From an uncultured Actinomycetota bacterium (GTDB lineage: Bacteria; Actinomycetota; Actinomycetes; Actinomycetales; Microbacteriaceae): 64,000 nucleotides of DNA. The DNA lies in assembly GCA_963769005.1 (NCBI GenBank), contig CAVYKC010000003.1, forward strand, positions 60,559 through 124,558, read 5' to 3'. The position numbers and the translations under genes are program-made. This document shows positions 60,547 through 64,000 of the stretch, in pieces; within the stretch, counting starts at the first letter, position 1, and each line of letters begins with the position of its first letter. Below the pieces are notes generated by a model, which saw only the letters and a list, made by a program, of their open reading frames with translations, was not told the DNA's origin and ran no database searches.

Positions 60547-61449
60547 ATGGAACTCAGGCAGATGGAGTATTTCGTCGCACTCGCCGAGGAGAGTCAGTTC
60601 ACCCGCGCCGCGGAGGTCACCCGTGTGTCCCAGTCCGGGCTCTCGGCGGCCATCAAGAACCTGGAAGAAGACCTGAACGCCAAGCTGTTCACCCGCACGA
60701 CCCGCCGTGTCGAGCTCACTCCTGCGGGGCGCGCGCTCTTCCCCCATGCCCGAAATCTCCTCGCCGAGGCGAACGCGGGCCGAGACGCCGTCACCGCCAC
60801 CGTCGGTCAGATCACCGGCGCTCTGCGCGTCGGCGCCGAGCAGTGCCTCGGCTCGATCAACGTTCCGGAACTCGTCGAGCGGTTCCACCGCAGACACGGC
60901 GAGGTGGAGATCACCTTCACCCAGGCCGGCACGGGCGATCTGCTGGACCGCATGCGCGATGGCGAGCTCGACCTCGCCTTCGTCGCAGGCACGCCCCAGA
61001 CCAACGACGCCCGGCTTCGCCTCACGGGGCTGGACCACATGACCCTCGCGACCGAGCCGCTGGTACTGCTGGCACCACCGGAGCATCCGCTCGTCGCCCA
61101 GAAGTCCGTCTCCTGGGATGACCTCCACGACCGCACCTTCATCGACCTCGATGTCAGTTGGGCCATCCGGATCGTCAACGATGAGCTCTTCGCGAAGAAG
61201 AAGATCCCGCGCCGTGTCGCCTTCACCGTCGGCGACATCCACGCCCTCGTCGACATGCTCCATCGCGGCCTCGGCCTCGCCGTCGTCCCGCAATCGGTCT
61301 CCCGGAAGGTGATCGCCGAAGATCTGCGCAAGCTCCACATCGCCGATCAGCGGGATCCGATCTGGACCGTCAGCGCCGCGTACCCTCACCCCGAGAAGGG
61401 TGCGGGGCTGGCCACCGAATTCCTCAGCCTGCTCGAACCGCGCACCTGA
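60547..61449 (+). CDS. LysR family regulator
   Basis: MELRQMEYF...FTRAA...QSGLSAAIKNLE. Confidence 0.92.
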   Translation: MELRQMEYFVALAEESQFTRAAEVTRVSQSGLSAAIKNLEEDLNAKLFTRTTRRVELTPAGRALFPHARNLLAEANAGRDAVTATVGQITGALRVGAEQCLGSINVPELVERFHRRHGEVEITFTQAGTGDLLDRMRDGELDLAFVAGTPQTNDARLRLTGLDHMTLATEPLVLLAPPEHPLVAQKSVSWDDLHDRTFIDLDVSWAIRIVNDELFAKKKIPRRVAFTVGDIHALVDMLHRGLGLAVVPQSVSRKVIAEDLRKLHIADQRDPIWTVSAAYPHPEKGAGLATEFLSLLEPRT

Positions 61450-61473
61450 CAAGTTCGGAGATGGCAGCCGGTG

Positions 61474-62169
61474 TCAGAGCAGCGGATCGGTGAGGCCTGA
61501 TGCTTCGCGCAGCGCCCGCTCGACGGTGGACTGCACGAGCGCCGAGAGGTAGCCTCCGGGGTTCTCCACGCCGATCTCACGCAGCCGGCTCGTCGACTGC
61601 CCGATGATGGAACGGGAGAACTCGGTCGCCGTCTGGATCGCATCGGCGTAGGCCGCTCGATCCGCTTCCGCGATCACCACGGGCTCACAGCCCATCTCGA
61701 CCGCGAGGGCCTGACCGATCGGCAGGACGGCCGCCGGTGCCGTCACTGCGGCGAACCCCGCCTGCAGTTGACGCAGGTCGATCGACGTACCGGTGAAGGT
61801 GATCGCCGGATGCACGGCGAGCGGGATCGCGCCGCGCTCGGCCGCGGGACGCAGGACCTCGATGCCGTATGCAGGGTCGGTGTGCAGCACGAGCTGTCCG
61901 ACCTGCCAGCCGCCGATCTCCGCGATGCCGGTGACGAGCGATCCCAGCTGGTCATGCGGCACCGCGATCACGACGAGCTCACTGCGGCGGACGATCTCCA
62001 GTGCGTCCAGCACCGGGACTCCGGGGAGCACGGCGGAGGCGCGGTCATCGTCGGAACCTGCGGTGATTCCAGTGATCGCATGACCGGCACCGGCCAGCGC
62101 CGCGCCGATCACGGGGCCGACCCGTCCCGCGCCGATGATACCGACGCCGAGGCGTCCGTCACGGGGCAT
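61474..62169 (-). CDS. Rossmann-like + DUF2520 protein (PanG-like ketopantoate reductase candidate)
   Basis: GIIGAGRVG, IAVPHD, LAVHPAITFTG. Confidence 0.8.
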   Translation of the reverse strand: MPRDGRLGVGIIGAGRVGPVIGAALAGAGHAITGITAGSDDDRASAVLPGVPVLDALEIVRRSELVVIAVPHDQLGSLVTGIAEIGGWQVGQLVLHTDPAYGIEVLRPAAERGAIPLAVHPAITFTGTSIDLRQLQAGFAAVTAPAAVLPIGQALAVEMGCEPVVIAEADRAAYADAIQTATEFSRSIIGQSTSRLREIGVENPGGYLSALVQSTVERALREASGLTDPLL

Positions 62170-62171
62170 TG

Positions 62172-64000
62172 CTACTCCCCGGCGACCGGCGGGGCCGGCG
62201 GGGCGGGCGCGTACATCGGAGGAGCAGGATGCTGCCCGACCGACGGCTGCCCGTACCCGACCGACGCGGGCGGAGCCTGGGGCGGCGCGTACGTCGGCGG
62301 CGGCGGCGCGAACGTCGGCGGGGCGGGAGCGAATCCCGACGCCACAGGCGCCTGCACCTGCGGGGCGTACTCGCCCCAGCGGTGCGTGTGGTCGCGGTTC
62401 GCCGCTTCGGCCGCAGCGCGTCCCACGCTGTCGATCAGGGCGAGTGCGTCGTCCCGCTCCAGACCGGAGAGGTACCCGTGGATCGGTCCCGGAACCGTGT
62501 GCACCTGAGCGCCGGACACGCGCTGCGCACGGTCGATCGGACCCTGCGAGAGCGACACCCCCTGCAGTCGTGCGAGCGGGAAGACGGCGAGCTTCCGCCA
62601 CACCATCCCCCGGCGCAGCACGAGCCCGAACTCGGTGAGCACGTACCCATGACGCTTCCACGACAGCGGGCGACGCCACCAGGCCCTGGCCGGCATCGTG
62701 CGATAGGGGTCGCCCTCGACCGGCCCCAGGATGCCGTGCTCCCAGACCAGCGGGATGTCGGCGACCGGAGCATCCGGCAGCATCAGCGCGAGCACGCGCT
62801 CGACATCGGCGCGCTTGCCCACCGGCAGCACGATGTTGAACTGCTGAGCACTGCCCGACGACTGCTGCGCGACGCTCTTGCCGCTCATCCGGTTGATCTT
62901 GATCGTCCACCAGCCGAACGGACGCCACAGCAGCGACTGCGACACCTCGACGGCGAAGATGCGGCCGGGGGGCAGCGTCTCGGTCACCGTGGTCAGCAGG
63001 CCGTAGGTGATGCGCACGCCGTCGGGCGTCGGGGCGATCGAGTACCGCAGCGACTTCGAGATCTGCGCCCAGGTGATACCGACGGCGGCGATGATCAGGG
63101 GGATTCCCATACCCAGGCCGATGGCGAGGACCACGAACCCCGTCTCGCCATCGCCGTCGGCGATGCTCCCGATGACCGCGCTCCCCATCGCGATCGCGAA
63201 GATCGCCCCGAAGAACAGCAGCCAGAGCACACCCGCGATCAGCTGCGATCCGACCAGCCGGCCGGTGGGGATCTTGACGACGCTCTCCGGAGCGACGTCG
63301 GCGAGGTCGACGCCCTCGATGAGCCCGGTCACCCCGGCGTTCACCGATCCGACGAGCTGTGTCCGTGCCGAGCCCTGGGCGCCGGCGACGGCCGGAGAAC
63401 CGGCGACCACGGACGTCCCAGCGACACCGCCCGCAGCATCCGCCGCCGCATGCCGAGCCGCTCGCGCCCCCGAGGCGAGACGCAGGATGTCGGCGCGAAC
63501 CGACTCCGCCCGCGGGGTCGCCAGGTACTCGAGCGGCACGTTCGCGTCGGTGCCGGCGCCGACGACCTCGAGCTTGGCGAGCCCGATGATGCGCGCCGGG
63601 AAGGGACGGGTGAGGTTGACGCCCTGCACCCGGTCGAGCGGTGCGCGACGATGAGAACGGAAGATGATGCCCTTGCGCACCTCGACGTGGTCGCCGGTGA
63701 TGCGGAACTGCTGGAAGCGCCAGACGAGCCAGAACGCGGCGACCAGCACGGCGACCAGCCCCAGCACGCTGAGCAGCACGATCAGTATCAGGTTGTTCTC
63801 GAGCACCCAGTCGACGGGGTCACCGCCGCTGTAGTCGTAGTGCGCTTCTTCGGGCGTGAACAGGCCGACGAGCCAGACGATGACACGGTCCCGCATGTTC
63901 GTGATCGCGATGCCGGCGATGATGAGCAGCGCCAGGCCGCCCTTGAACAGCGGGGTGAGCGGGTGCATCCGGTGCCATTCGCCGTCGGCGAGCGACGACG
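62172..64000 (-). CDS. PH-domain (bPH_2/YdbT-like) membrane protein, 5' partial
   Basis: WHRMHPLTP, LDRVQGVNL, GLLTTVTETLPPGRI, RLQGVSL; Pro-rich tail. Confidence 0.85.
   Translation of the reverse strand, partial: SSLADGEWHRMHPLTPLFKGGLALLIIAGIAITNMRDRVIVWLVGLFTPEEAHYDYSGGDPVDWVLENNLILIVLLSVLGLVAVLVAAFWLVWRFQQFRITGDHVEVRKGIIFRSHRRAPLDRVQGVNLTRPFPARIIGLAKLEVVGAGTDANVPLEYLATPRAESVRADILRLASGARAARHAAADAAGGVAGTSVVAGSPAVAGAQGSARTQLVGSVNAGVTGLIEGVDLADVAPESVVKIPTGRLVGSQLIAGVLWLLFFGAIFAIAMGSAVIGSIADGDGETGFVVLAIGLGMGIPLIIAAVGITWAQISKSLRYSIAPTPDGVRITYGLLTTVTETLPPGRIFAVEVSQSLLWRPFGWWTIKINRMSGKSVAQQSSGSAQQFNIVLPVGKRADVERVLALMLPDAPVADIPLVWEHGILGPVEGDPYRTMPARAWWRRPLSWKRHGYVLTEFGLVLRRGMVWRKLAVFPLARLQGVSLSQGPIDRAQRVSGAQVHTVPGPIHGYLSGLERDDALALIDSVGRAAAEAANRDHTHRWGEYAPQVQAPVASGFAPAPPTFAPPPPTYAPPQAPPASVGYGQPSVGQHPAPPMYAPAPPAPPVAGE

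Noticed and set aside
62172-62360. Pro-rich tail and GGC runs as a DNA repeat element
   Set aside because: Low-complexity protein tail, no discrete repeat unit

Overview
High-GC actinobacterial chromosome segment; gene content and protein style point to Microbacterium or a close relative (inference). It contains sugar-uptake and catabolism modules (LacI/TetR regulators, Gfo/Idh/MocA + IolE-like pair), a MetPS-type NSS transporter, and a copZ-(frameshifted metal-binding protein)-copA operon with a CsoR-type operator. An accessory block (~10.3-25 kb) holds CGNR/AEC/isochorismatase, YbdK, TetR-epimerase/MMPL-SDR and LysR-prpF-tctC-tctA/B. A mobile-debris region (25.0-31.5 kb) ends at tRNA-Ser(GCT); it holds an IS3 nested inside 28-bp ends of another element, a TetR-ABC cassette, an IS5 remnant and a GH29 remnant. 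Next come an LCP gene, tRNA-Ser(TGA), and a rhamnose/pectin-type utilisation locus (ABC system, Gfo-DUF6807 fusion, rhaM, rhaI, esterase, frameshifted rhaD/EW, rhaB, DUF5060/4038-like). Core genes follow (HAD, serS, DAGK, cls, DUF4192, lysS, DUF2207, DUF2520, PH-domain). The most notable observations are: (i) three copies of an orphan 28-bp terminal repeat, two of which exactly bracket the IS3; (ii) a 22-25 bp DNA repeat present only in-frame inside copA (twice) and lysS, adding a PST(G/D)SG peptide; (iii) a one-enzyme PrpF + fused tripartite transporter operon; (iv) a double-domain lipoprotein with CTRD/CTMD loops. Many frameshifts look like sequencing indels. No database searches were run; family names come from motif recognition.
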